This document shows, piece after piece, positions 19,068 through 28,544 of a stretch of DNA of 64,000 nt. The stretch comes from an uncultured Porphyromonadaceae bacterium (GTDB lineage Bacteria > Bacteroidota > Bacteroidia > Bacteroidales > Muribaculaceae): assembly GCA_945873625.1 (NCBI GenBank), contig CAMCDS010000002.1, positions 21,354 through 85,353 of the forward strand. The letters are read 5' to 3'. The first letter of the stretch is position 1, and every line of letters starts with the position of its first letter. The notes below the pieces were generated by a model. It was not told the origin of the DNA. It made no database searches and saw only the letters and a program-made list of their open reading frames with translations. The position numbers were made by a program, and so were the translations under genes.

Positions 19068-20567
19068 TCAGTCCTGATTGAGGTTGACAGCGTAGTAGTA
19101 GCGTTTGCCCGTAGGATAGATGCCGGAGAGCACGAGCACTTTCTCGTCGGATTTCATCACGCGGTTGAAAATGTCTTCCACATCCTCCGAGGAGTTGACC
19201 GATTCGCCGTTGATTTCGAGGATGATGAAACCGTCTTTCACTCCGGCTTCCCTTACCGGACCGTTCTTAAGACCGGCCACCTGAACGCCTGAGGAGATTG
19301 AGAGACGCTGTTTGAGATCCTGCGAAAGCTTCATGAAGGCGCATCCGAGTTCCGAGAAATCACCCTTCTTCGTGAGCTGGGTGTTGCCCTGCGAGTTGCG
19401 GAGCACGCCCGACTTGGTGTATTTCTTGTTATCGCGGTAGTAGGTTACCGAGATATTGTCGCCGGGGCGGAACTTGTTGAGCTGCTCGGTGAGCTGCGCG
19501 AAGTTGTGTACCTCCACACCGTTGAGGGCGGTAATCACGTCATTCTTCTTGAGACCGAGCTCTTTGGCGGTGCTCATGTCGCTTACGTCATCGACGAGCA
19601 TACCGGATTTCACTGCGGTGATGTCCTTGTCCTTGGCCAGCTTGGCGGTGAGTTCGGCCACGGTGCATCCGAGCATGGCACGCTGCACGGTGCCGTATTG
19701 CTTGAGGTCGGTCATCACTTTCTTCACGATTGTAGTCGGAATAGCGAACGAGAAGCCCGAGTAGCTGCCGGTGTTGGAATAGATGGCTGAGTTGATGCCG
19801 ATGAGCTCGCCATTGAGGTTGACGAGGGCGCCTCCGGAGTTGCCGGGATTGAGTGCGGCGTCGGTCTGTATGAACGACTCGATGCCCATCTGTCCGTTGC
19901 GTCCGTTCTGCCCGAGGCTGCGTGCCTTGGCGCTCACGATGCCGGCTGTAACCGTGGAGTTGAATCCGAAAGGATTGCCTACGGCGAGCACCCACTCTCC
20001 TACCTTCACGGCTTCGGAATCGCCGAACGTGATGGGCGAGAGACCTGTTGCGTCGATCTTGAGGAGGGCGAGGTCGGTAGCCTCATCGGTGCCGACCACA
20101 CGCGCGTCGTAGGTAGAGTTGTCGTTGAGAAGCACCTCAAGCTTGTCGGAGCCATCGATTACGTGGTTGTTGGTTACTATATAACCGTCGGTGGTGATGA
20201 TCACGCCCGAACCGAGACCGCTCTGCACAGGCTCATTCTTCTGCTGCTGGCGGGGCTGACGCTGCTGAGGCTGACGCTGCTGCGGGCCGAAGAAGAAATC
20301 GAACATATCGAAGGGGTCGCTTCCGCCACCGCCGAACATGCCGCGCTGCTGACGGGTGGTGTAGCTCTTGATGCAGACCACGGCGTTTACGGTCTTCTCA
20401 GCCGCATTGGTGAAATCGGTCTGGAAAGCGGGAGTCGAGGTCGACGCTGTACGTATGAACTGCGGGGATTCAACTTCGCCTGCCGATGCAGCAAGCATGC
20501 CGCCGGCGAGAATCGCGCCGCTGAGGGCGAGTCCGCGCAGATAAAAGTTTCTTGCAATTTTCTTCAT
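19068..20567 (-). CDS. degP: HtrA/DegP (Do) family serine protease with two PDZ domains
   Basis: GSGVII, VTNNHV, TDLALLKI, VTAGIVSA, IQTDAALNPGNSGGAL. Confidence 0.95.
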   Translation of the reverse strand: MKKIARNFYLRGLALSGAILAGGMLAASAGEVESPQFIRTASTSTPAFQTDFTNAAEKTVNAVVCIKSYTTRQQRGMFGGGGSDPFDMFDFFFGPQQRQPQQRQPRQQQKNEPVQSGLGSGVIITTDGYIVTNNHVIDGSDKLEVLLNDNSTYDARVVGTDEATDLALLKIDATGLSPITFGDSEAVKVGEWVLAVGNPFGFNSTVTAGIVSAKARSLGQNGRNGQMGIESFIQTDAALNPGNSGGALVNLNGELIGINSAIYSNTGSYSGFSFAIPTTIVKKVMTDLKQYGTVQRAMLGCTVAELTAKLAKDKDITAVKSGMLVDDVSDMSTAKELGLKKNDVITALNGVEVHNFAQLTEQLNKFRPGDNISVTYYRDNKKYTKSGVLRNSQGNTQLTKKGDFSELGCAFMKLSQDLKQRLSISSGVQVAGLKNGPVREAGVKDGFIILEINGESVNSSEDVEDIFNRVMKSDEKVLVLSGIYPTGKRYYYAVNLNQD

Positions 20568-20749
20568 GCTATATCTGAATGAATTTTTGTTTGATTCGGA
20601 TTGGAAGCGTTTGTAGCTTTATTAATCAGACGTTTCCCCGGCCGTCGGGTTTAATTCCCTCGGGCCGACATTCAGATAATGCAAGCGGCGTTCCAATGTT
20701 GCACACCTGCATGGCGAAATTTGGGTATTTAACGTTTTTTAATAAGCGG

Positions 20750-22255
20750 TCAGAACTGGAAGTAGATGAACGGCACCACTTCTTCCGACATGAACTCGAC
20801 CACAAGCTGAACCACAACGGCGAATACCAGCAGCTTGACAATCCAGGGCGAGCGCACATAGAGCCGTCCGCACGCGTCGGTCCAGCTCTGGGGCACGAAA
20901 TGCATCACTATGAGCGCGAGCATCATTATGCACCACACCATCCTCACCTCGAAGAACTGAGGGAACTGACGCCAGTCGAAATCTACGAAAATGTTGCTTA
21001 TTATCCGCACCGACGATTCAAAGTCGGCCGCGCGGAAGAACACCCACAGCAACGACACGTAGACGAACGTGAGAAGCCATGACACGAACGAGACGAACCA
21101 GTTGTCGGGTATACGTCCGAGCCAGGGCTTGCAAGCCTTGTGGATGGCGAGGCCTACGCCGTGCATGGCTCCCCAGAACACGAACTTCCATGCCGCTCCG
21201 TGCCACAGACCTCCGATGAGCATGGTAAGGAAGTTGTTGAGATATGTGCGGAAGGTGCCTTTGCGGTTGCCGCCGAGGGGGATATAGACATAGTCGCGCA
21301 GCCACGATGAAAGCGATATGTGCCAGCGGCGCCAGAACTCGGTGAGGTTGCGGCTCTGATAGGGAGAGTCGAAGTTGATTCCGAGGCGGAAGCCCATTAT
21401 CAGGGCAAGTCCTATCGCCATGTCGGAATATCCGGAGAAGTCGCAGTAAATCTGCATCGTATAGCCGAGCACGCCCATCAGCGTCTGCACTCCTGTATAA
21501 AGCGAGGGATCGTTGAATATAAGGTCATTGTACTGCGCTATGTAGTCGGCTATTACGGCCTTCTTGATAATGCCGATTACGATGAGCCAGAGTCCGCCGA
21601 ACACATCGTCTTTCGTTGCCGCGCGGTTTTCCTGAATCTGGGGCAGGAAATAGTCGGCGCGCACTATGGGACCGGCCACAAGAGCCGGGAAGAACGAGAG
21701 GAAGAAAAGATAGTCGAGCCAGCTCGAAGTGGGGCTGATTCTCCCCTTGTAGACATCGACTACGTAGCTTATTGACTGGAACGTATAGAATGATATTCCG
21801 ACCGGAAGCACAAGGTCGAGCGGCTGGAAATTGCCTTCCACCATCTGGTTCCAGTTCCAAAGGAAGAAGTTGGCGTATTTGAAATAGCCGAGTATGCTGA
21901 GCGAGATGATGATGGAAAGCCACATCACGGCAAGCCGGACACCACGCTTCTGAAGCCTCGCGATGGCATGCGAGAGCGACCAGTCGATGAGCGACGTGGC
22001 CAGAAGCATCAGGAAGAAAAGACCCGACGACTTGTAGTAGAAATAGAGCGAGAAGCAGACCACGAAGACCACCATCTTCGCCTTGCTTTTCTTGAGCAAC
22101 GCGTAGACGGGCAGGAAGAGTATGAAGAGGAGCCAGAAGAAACCCGAGGAGAAAAGAAGGGGAGCCTCGGGGTCGTAGAGAAACATGTTGCCGATGTTTC
22201 TGAGTGCCTGGCCTATAGTGTCGGCGTGGCCGATGAATGGGATTTCGAAAAGCAT
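20750..22255 (-). CDS. MBOAT-family O-acyltransferase (AlgI/PatA-like)
   Basis: LPVGISFYTFQSISY, FFPALVAGPI, DFSGYSDMAIG, FWRRWHISLSSWLRDYVYIPLGG, GLWHGA; start set at ATG 22255. Confidence 0.94.
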   Translation of the reverse strand: MLFEIPFIGHADTIGQALRNIGNMFLYDPEAPLLFSSGFFWLLFILFLPVYALLKKSKAKMVVFVVCFSLYFYYKSSGLFFLMLLATSLIDWSLSHAIARLQKRGVRLAVMWLSIIISLSILGYFKYANFFLWNWNQMVEGNFQPLDLVLPVGISFYTFQSISYVVDVYKGRISPTSSWLDYLFFLSFFPALVAGPIVRADYFLPQIQENRAATKDDVFGGLWLIVIGIIKKAVIADYIAQYNDLIFNDPSLYTGVQTLMGVLGYTMQIYCDFSGYSDMAIGLALIMGFRLGINFDSPYQSRNLTEFWRRWHISLSSWLRDYVYIPLGGNRKGTFRTYLNNFLTMLIGGLWHGAAWKFVFWGAMHGVGLAIHKACKPWLGRIPDNWFVSFVSWLLTFVYVSLLWVFFRAADFESSVRIISNIFVDFDWRQFPQFFEVRMVWCIMMLALIVMHFVPQSWTDACGRLYVRSPWIVKLLVFAVVVQLVVEFMSEEVVPFIYFQF

Positions 22256-22256
22256 A

Positions 22257-23036
22257 TTACTTGTTGAGGGCTTTAAGAAATACAATGTTGGGGTTGACGC
22301 GGCCGACTGTGGAGTCGGGCCTGTCGGCAAGGATGGGATGTGCCGAGGCCGGCATCCAGCGCATCACGCTGTCGATCCATTCGGCCGAGGCCTGGCGGGT
22401 AGGATGGATCTTGTCTTTCTTTCGCGCCAGCTTCATGCCGTCGGTGCGGAAGAAACTGCCTCTGCGGCAGGCCCGCTGAAGCATGTCGTTGACTCCCGTG
22501 TCTTCCTCCCAGTTTGGGGGGCCGATCCATACGTATGGCACGGTATCGATGACTTCAAGAATACGCTTCACGTAAGGGAGACGCGTCTCTGGCTTCTTGA
22601 AATATAGCTCGTTGCTTCCGAGCGAGATAAACACGAAGTCGGCATCATATTTCTTCATGAAGTATTCGAGTGTGTCGGACTCGGCCCATATCTTGGTGTT
22701 GCTCGAATCCCAGTTGACGGCATGGATTGTATGGCCGTTCTGCTTTGCATACTGGGCGAGTCGCAGGGCGAGGTTGAAGGTCATGGAGTCGCCGATGATG
22801 AGGATTGACTTCGGCACGCTGTCTACTGTCTGCTCCTCCACCGGCGTGGAGGCGTAGAGCGAGTCGAGGGAGAGCGAGTCTTCCATCGCTTCCTCTTCAG
22901 CAAGCAGTGCGTCGTGGAAAGGAGCCTTCTTCACGGTCCATGATCCGAGTGAGATGTCTTGTGAGAAGGAGTATGTGAGAAACATGGCCAGCGCAAGAGC
23001 CACTATCAGCCAGAGACCGGCGTATGGTGATTTCAT
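22257..23036 (-). CDS. SGNH/GDSL hydrolase-fold protein (putative O-acyltransferase partner)
   Basis: N-terminal TM anchor; block I GDSM, block III LGSNE, block V DKIHP. Confidence 0.8.
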   Translation of the reverse strand: MKSPYAGLWLIVALALAMFLTYSFSQDISLGSWTVKKAPFHDALLAEEEAMEDSLSLDSLYASTPVEEQTVDSVPKSILIIGDSMTFNLALRLAQYAKQNGHTIHAVNWDSSNTKIWAESDTLEYFMKKYDADFVFISLGSNELYFKKPETRLPYVKRILEVIDTVPYVWIGPPNWEEDTGVNDMLQRACRRGSFFRTDGMKLARKKDKIHPTRQASAEWIDSVMRWMPASAHPILADRPDSTVGRVNPNIVFLKALNK

Positions 23037-23106
23037 CTAATATGAAGATATGAAAACGGGAAATGAAACGTCAGCTGTAGGGGAGAGCGTGCTTCAAAAG
23101 CGAGTG

Positions 23107-23114
23107 CAAAATTA
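23107..23114 (-). promoter_or_regulatory. -7 element TAATTTTG for the SGNH-MBOAT operon
   Basis: Exact TAnnTTTG match in the intergenic region. Confidence 0.55.
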
Positions 23115-23162
23115 CATAATATGACCGAGGCGGCCAACGGAAATCTGTTAAAAAAGCAAGTG

Positions 23163-23759
23163 TTATCTGCCGGTCGCTTTCCGATAGTAGAAACCGTTGG
23201 GTGTGGTGTCGGCCACCACCACCGTGCGGTGAAGTGTCATCCCGAGCAGGTCTTCGAGCTGCGAGCATGCCTCGGCTCGTGCCTTGGCGACTGTGCCGTC
23301 GAGATATAGGCGCGAAGTAGCGCTGTTGATAGCCTTGCGCTTTATGTAGTTCTCCTCATTGTTGCTGAGCGTAGACGAAGCGAGCATATTGGTGTTCCAG
23401 ACATCGATAACGCGGAATGAATTGGGTGCGGTCGATTCAAGAAGGTCCACTTTCTCCGGAGGGAGGTAAATGCTGATTGTGTCTGTCGCAGACCCGATCG
23501 TCAGACTGTCGAGCGGAAACGAGATGGCTCCCTTGATGGTCTGGCGTGCGAAGAAATGGCGCGTACCGATGTTTCCCTTCACCGGTATGTCGGAAAGGAT
23601 TTCGACCGTACATAAGTCTGCCAGCTCCCTTACGTCGACTATGCGCGCGGGTTCGGTCGTGATTTTAGGCTCGTTGCCTTTCTTTATGAAGTAGACTGCC
23701 GCTCCGGCTACGACGGCCATAAGCAATGCTACTGTTATGATGGATACTATCTTCTTCAT
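23163..23759 (-). CDS. DUF4230-like protein with an N-terminal membrane anchor
   Basis: Hydrophobic N-terminus; VRELADLCTVE, TISIYLPP pattern recalled for DUF4230; 1-bp overlap (TAATG) with the upstream gene. Confidence 0.55.
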   Translation of the reverse strand: MKKIVSIITVALLMAVVAGAAVYFIKKGNEPKITTEPARIVDVRELADLCTVEILSDIPVKGNIGTRHFFARQTIKGAISFPLDSLTIGSATDTISIYLPPEKVDLLESTAPNSFRVIDVWNTNMLASSTLSNNEENYIKRKAINSATSRLYLDGTVAKARAEACSQLEDLLGMTLHRTVVVADTTPNGFYYRKATGR

Positions 23760-24331
23760 TACTTGAAATTGACGGTAAGGTTAAGGTCGCGCTGGGCAAA
23801 CAGCTTTTTGAAGAAAATCTCGGCCTTTCGCTTTGCGGCGTCAACCACGGCCGATTTGAAGTTGGAATCTGATTTCACCTCTTTCTTGAGTGTGGTGTTC
23901 ATCTCCTCTTTCAGTTCGGCGCGTTCCTTGGGCCCTATCTGCGAACGGAGGCCGGTTACGCGGTAATGCTCCTCTTTCATCGAGATGTCGCGCCCACTGT
24001 ACTCGGTCTGGACAGGAGGCAGGGTTATTTCGGCGGTGCCTGCTTTCTCGTCGATTTCTATGTCGTCGGGCGAAAGCTGCGAGAGGTCGATGTAGGCCGT
24101 GAGATAGGTGTTGTAGGAATAGACGGCAATACGTTTGCCTATCTTCCAGTCCGACTCATCGTCGTATTCACCTATCTTGTTGATAGTCATCGAAGCGAGC
24201 ACGAGCTTATCGGTCTTGGTAATCTCTTCGTAGAAGTTGGCCGGACTGTCTTCACGCTCCTTTGAGCATGAGACGGCAGCAACGGACGCAGCCGCCGCAA
24301 GGAGGGCTATTATCGTGAATTTCTTTGACAT
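23759..24331 (-). CDS. DUF4230-like lipoprotein
   Basis: MSKKFTIIALLAAAASVAAVS-C lipobox; KLVLASMTI, AYIDLSQL, EITLPP motifs; an alternative ATG at 24364 overlaps the mutS2 stop. Confidence 0.7.
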   Translation of the reverse strand: MSKKFTIIALLAAAASVAAVSCSKEREDSPANFYEEITKTDKLVLASMTINKIGEYDDESDWKIGKRIAVYSYNTYLTAYIDLSQLSPDDIEIDEKAGTAEITLPPVQTEYSGRDISMKEEHYRVTGLRSQIGPKERAELKEEMNTTLKKEVKSDSNFKSAVVDAAKRKAEIFFKKLFAQRDLNLTVNFK

Positions 24332-24363
24332 TCTGAGGTATGTTAATGATGTGGTGGTAAGCA

Positions 24364-26829
24364 TCAGTCGAGTTCGACCACGGTTATGCCGGCGCCTCCG
24401 AACCTTACGTCTTCGTCGGCAAACGACTTCACGCCCGGCGTGGCTTTGAGCTGCTGACGAATAAGCTCGCGGAGTATGCCGTGGCCGGTACCGTGTAAGA
24501 TACGGACGCGGGAGGCTGAAAATTGCACGGCGTCATCAAGAAAATATGTGAGAGCCTGCAAGGCTTCGTCTCCGCGCATACCCCTCACGTCGAGTTCCTG
24601 ACGGAATTTGAGCTGTCGCTCGCGGCTCTCGTTGTAGGTCTGCGTAGTTATGGTGGTGGCCGTCGCGGCAGGCTTTGGAGCCTTAGCCGGCGTGAGTTTC
24701 TTTACGTCGACCAGCGTGCGGAGTGCCCCGAAAGCCACTTCAGCCTTCTTGCCGTTGATTTCGAGCACTTTCCCCACTACTCCGCCGCCATCCATCTTGA
24801 CATGGTCGCCCACTGCGATTTCCTTTTTCTCGGCTACAGGCTGCTTCACCTTCTTAGTCTTGCTTTTATGGCGGAGGGGTTTGAGGGCCTCGGGTTCACC
24901 GGATGAAGGCCTGTCGCTTTCGAGCGACTTCTTGTAGTCGTCGAGTTCGCGGCGTATCTCCTTTGTCCTTTCCTTCTCGGCCTCGGCCTGCCGGATTTCG
25001 AGGATGGCGCGTTCGATGCGCGAGTTGGCGGTGGCCATTATCTCCTTGGCTTCCTGACGGGCGTCGCGCAGTATCGTCGCGCGCTGTTCGCGCAGGTTTC
25101 CGGCCGTGTCCTCATAGTTAGCGAGCAGGCGGTCGAGTTTCTGCTCCTTCTCCTTTATGTTGAGGCGCTTGTTGTTCCAGTACTTGCGGTCGCGCGCTAT
25201 GTCGAGAAGGTATTTGTCCATCTTCACATAGTCGGATCCGACTATCTCTTTCGCCCTCTCGACCACTTCGCGCGGCAATCCCGTCTTCGATGCGATTTCA
25301 AGAGCGAAGGAGCTGCCGGGCGAACCTATCGAGAGCTGAAACAGTGGCTGCAGATGCTGGCGGTCGTAGAGCATCGCCCCGTTGACAAACCCGTCGGTTG
25401 TGTCGGCGAGTGTCTTGAGGTTCTGATAATGGGTTGTAACCACTCCCATGGCCTTCTTCTCGTTAAGGCTCATAAGTATCGACTGCGCGAGTGCTCCGCC
25501 AATCTGCGGCTCAGTGCCCGAACCCATCTCGTCGGCAAGGATGAGGGTGTCAGCGTCGGCATGGAGAAGAAAGTGCTTCATGTTGCGGAGATGAGACGAG
25601 TAGGTCGAGAGGTCGTTCTCAAACGACTGCTCGTCGCCAATGTCGATAAATATCTTTCTGAATATGCCTACGTGAGAATTTGAATGCAAGGTAGGCAGGA
25701 GTCCGCACTGAAGCATATACTGCACGATGCCGACAGTCTTGAGACATACGGATTTACCACCGGCATTAGGTCCGGAGATAATCAGGATTCTCTGCCGGGA
25801 GTCGAGCTTGATGTATAAAGGCACCACCTCTCTCCCCTGCTTTCTCAATGAGAGGAGGAGCATGGGATGGATGGCATGAAACCAGTCGATTTCAGGACGT
25901 CGCTCGATAATCGGCATCTCGCCGCCTGTGTCGAGCGCGAACTTGGCTTTTGCCCGGATGAAATCGAAAAGGCCAAGCAGCTCTACCGACTCCGCAATGG
26001 CTTCGAAATCGGGACGTATGCGTGCAGTCAATGCAGTGAGTATCACCACCTGCTCGCGCTGCTCGTCGAGCTGAAGCTCCCTGAGGCGGTTGCCGGCTTC
26101 CACAAGTTCGGCCGGTTCGATGAAGATAGTCTTGCCCGTAGCGCTCCTGTCGTGCACGATGCCGTTGATTGAGCGTTTCTTCGAGGCCTCGACCGGGATG
26201 CACAGGCGGCCGTCGCGCATGGTGGGCGCCGAATCCTTGTCGACAGCTCCGTCGGAGACGGCACGGTCAAACACCCGCTGCATCACCGACGACATCGATG
26301 CCGAAGCAGAGGCTATCGACCGGCGCAGGTCGTAGAGACGGGGAGATGCCGTATCGCGGATTTCCCCGAACTTATTGATGACCGAGTCTATGTCTTTCGC
26401 AATGTGCGGAAACGCCTCCATCGAGCCGAAACATTCTGCAAGTGCGGGCCACTCAAGAGTCTCGGAGCCGCGGCGCGGTGTGCAGAAGAATCTCCTTACG
26501 GTCTCTACGGTGTTGAGCATCTGAAGGAGGCGGTAAAGGCTTTTGGCCGGAAGGAAGCTCCCTTCGGCCCTTGCCTCTTTGAGTGAAGGCACAACGTCGT
26601 GGAGCGTATCCGTCGGCAGATCCACTCCTCCGCGCATTGCCGAGAGCATCTCGTCGGTCTGGCGCAGACGGCACACCACCGCCTCCGGGTCAGACATGAA
26701 AGCCATCTCCTCGACTCTCCGCTTTCCCATCGGCGACTGGCAATGTTCGAGAATTGACTGGCGGACGCCGTCGAAGCCTATTTTAATTTCAAAATCAGAG
26801 GGGTATATATTGCGTGTATCTTTCGTCAT
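24364..26829 (-). CDS. mutS2: MutS2 (ATPase plus C-terminal Smr domain)
   Basis: ISGPNAGGKS Walker A, DIGDEQS, DEMGSGTEP, TTHY, Smr domain LDVRGMR...ILHGTGHGILR. Confidence 0.95.
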   Translation of the reverse strand: MTKDTRNIYPSDFEIKIGFDGVRQSILEHCQSPMGKRRVEEMAFMSDPEAVVCRLRQTDEMLSAMRGGVDLPTDTLHDVVPSLKEARAEGSFLPAKSLYRLLQMLNTVETVRRFFCTPRRGSETLEWPALAECFGSMEAFPHIAKDIDSVINKFGEIRDTASPRLYDLRRSIASASASMSSVMQRVFDRAVSDGAVDKDSAPTMRDGRLCIPVEASKKRSINGIVHDRSATGKTIFIEPAELVEAGNRLRELQLDEQREQVVILTALTARIRPDFEAIAESVELLGLFDFIRAKAKFALDTGGEMPIIERRPEIDWFHAIHPMLLLSLRKQGREVVPLYIKLDSRQRILIISGPNAGGKSVCLKTVGIVQYMLQCGLLPTLHSNSHVGIFRKIFIDIGDEQSFENDLSTYSSHLRNMKHFLLHADADTLILADEMGSGTEPQIGGALAQSILMSLNEKKAMGVVTTHYQNLKTLADTTDGFVNGAMLYDRQHLQPLFQLSIGSPGSSFALEIASKTGLPREVVERAKEIVGSDYVKMDKYLLDIARDRKYWNNKRLNIKEKEQKLDRLLANYEDTAGNLREQRATILRDARQEAKEIMATANSRIERAILEIRQAEAEKERTKEIRRELDDYKKSLESDRPSSGEPEALKPLRHKSKTKKVKQPVAEKKEIAVGDHVKMDGGGVVGKVLEINGKKAEVAFGALRTLVDVKKLTPAKAPKPAATATTITTQTYNESRERQLKFRQELDVRGMRGDEALQALTYFLDDAVQFSASRVRILHGTGHGILRELIRQQLKATPGVKSFADEDVRFGGAGITVVELD

Positions 26830-27923
26830 ACCGGCAAGGCAAGCATCGGCATATCGCGTTCAAACAGCATCCTGTGGGCGATTCCGGGCTTGAACAATCT
26901 TGAAAATATGTTTGATTTCTTGTTGGGAACAATCAGCAGCTGTATCTGCCTGCGGTCGACCAATTGCTGAAACTGCTCGCGAAAGTCTTTCTTTCCCAGA
27001 AGCTCTATACTGAACGATGCGAGCGGATATTTGGCCGTGAGCATGGAGCAGAATGTCTCCATGCGGTGGCGCAGTGTGGCGTCGGTGCCTTCGCTGACCG
27101 GCACGAGCGTTACATCGACCACCGGGCAGTCGAACATCGTCATAAGCGAATCGACCGAGGCGGCGTCGGAACGGTCAAGGTTGCAGAAAAATACGAGACG
27201 CGTGATGTTTTCGACACCGACGAACGATATGTTCTCTGGCACGGTGAAGACCGGCACCCGACAGCTGTCGAGCACTTCGGCAGTGACGCTTCCCATCATG
27301 TCGGCCTCGCGGCGGTTCTTCCCTCGCGTGGCCATTACTATGAGGCCGGGAGGCGTAATCTTGCTGTATTCCTTTATCACTTCCTCGGGCAGTCCCATAG
27401 CGGTCTCTGTCGAAAAGCCTATGTCGGTCAGCTCCCCTTCCTTCTGCAGTAGAAGAACCTCATTCTTGAATTTCTCCATGCGCTTCTGCGATATGCGGCG
27501 CATCTCCATTCCGGCCTCCTGTTCGAAAAGTGTGTCGTCTGGCGAATCGTCAAACGACGGCTGTGCCGGAAGCACCGGAGCGACAAACGTGTTGAGAATC
27601 AGTGGATGCATGTCAAGCCTCTTCGCAAACTCGAATGCCGCCTTCACGGCAAGCATCGAATAGTCGGAGAAGTCGACGGGCACAAGAATATTGCGGCCGT
27701 TGCTGTTCATCCTCACACGTTCAGCCTCTACCGGCGCCGGTCCGCTTTCAACCACGGCTACCGCCTCACGCAGTCTGTCGGGCTCCACAAAAACCGTAAC
27801 GAGGTTTCCGGAAGCGTCGCTTTCAAGTTTATGACCGATATTATGAGCCTCGAGCATCCTGGCTATTGCATCGGCATAGCCACGGCTGTGGACTGCAAGT
27901 ATTGTCGTGGGGTCACTTTTCAT
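26826..27923 (-). CDS. Universal stress protein with an extra N-terminal domain
   Basis: NILVPVDFSDYS, LIVMATRG, GSVTAEVLDSCRVPV, second USP-like domain; start set at ATG 27923; ATGA overlap with mutS2. Confidence 0.88.
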   Translation of the reverse strand: MKSDPTTILAVHSRGYADAIARMLEAHNIGHKLESDASGNLVTVFVEPDRLREAVAVVESGPAPVEAERVRMNSNGRNILVPVDFSDYSMLAVKAAFEFAKRLDMHPLILNTFVAPVLPAQPSFDDSPDDTLFEQEAGMEMRRISQKRMEKFKNEVLLLQKEGELTDIGFSTETAMGLPEEVIKEYSKITPPGLIVMATRGKNRREADMMGSVTAEVLDSCRVPVFTVPENISFVGVENITRLVFFCNLDRSDAASVDSLMTMFDCPVVDVTLVPVSEGTDATLRHRMETFCSMLTAKYPLASFSIELLGKKDFREQFQQLVDRRQIQLLIVPNKKSNIFSRLFKPGIAHRMLFERDMPMLALPV

Positions 27924-27964
27924 AGACGGTATGTTCAGAATATTGTAACACTCAAAAATCCGCA

Positions 27965-28004
27965 CTCCACACACACCGCCGGTAAGTCGGCGGCGTGTGT
28001 GGAG
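27965..28004 (-). terminator. 17-bp hairpin downstream of the small DNA-binding gene
   Basis: On -: CTCCACACACGCCGCCG-ACTTAC-CGGCGGTGTGTGTGGAG then TGCGGATTTTTG. Confidence 0.6.
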
Positions 28005-28093
28005 ATTGATGCCGTAAGGCTTGTGTCCGGAGTCGATGGCTCGGACTTGCCTCTTTGTGTTGTGGTGTCTACACGGATAGCGGACAGCCGGGT

Positions 28094-28354
28094 TTACTGC
28101 TTCCCGTTCTCTTCTTCGAGAATCTTGACTGCCATATCATAGATAGTGGTGTCGTCGAGCACCACAATTCCTCCGTCGGGACCCGGCTCGATGTGCATGC
28201 CGGCGTTTTTCCCAAACTGATAGTTGACGCCACCGAAATAGTTGCGCACTGTCTGTACAGTTACGTTGAGCTCATCGGCAATGCGATGGGTTGCGCCGTC
28301 GGGCAGACTGTCTTTGAGTCTGCGAAGCTCGTTGAAGGTGATTGTCTTGCTCAT
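28094..28354 (-). CDS. Small conserved Bacteroidales DNA-binding (HTH-like) protein
   Basis: MSKTITFNELRRLKDSLPDGATHRIADELNVTVQTVRNYFGG, HTH-like; has its own promoter. Confidence 0.75.
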   Translation of the reverse strand: MSKTITFNELRRLKDSLPDGATHRIADELNVTVQTVRNYFGGVNYQFGKNAGMHIEPGPDGGIVVLDDTTIYDMAVKILEEENGKQ

Positions 28355-28409
28355 AATATCTGGTATTTGTGATTTATGTTAATAAATGTCTTGTTTGGGT
28401 TTGCGATTG

Positions 28410-28441
28410 CTAATTTAGACATAATTTCGGATATATGCAAA
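28410..28441 (-). promoter_or_regulatory. Promoter TTTG-N20-TAAATTAG for the small DNA-binding gene
   Basis: -33 TTTG and a near-consensus -7 at canonical Bacteroidota spacing. Confidence 0.55.
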
Positions 28442-28544
28442 CTTTTCGCGATATTTCTTTAACTTTTTTGAAGCCGTGATGTCGGTGCCTGCGTCATGAT
28501 TTGCATATTCTGAATATTAATCCGTTATTTCTCAGTTATATAAT

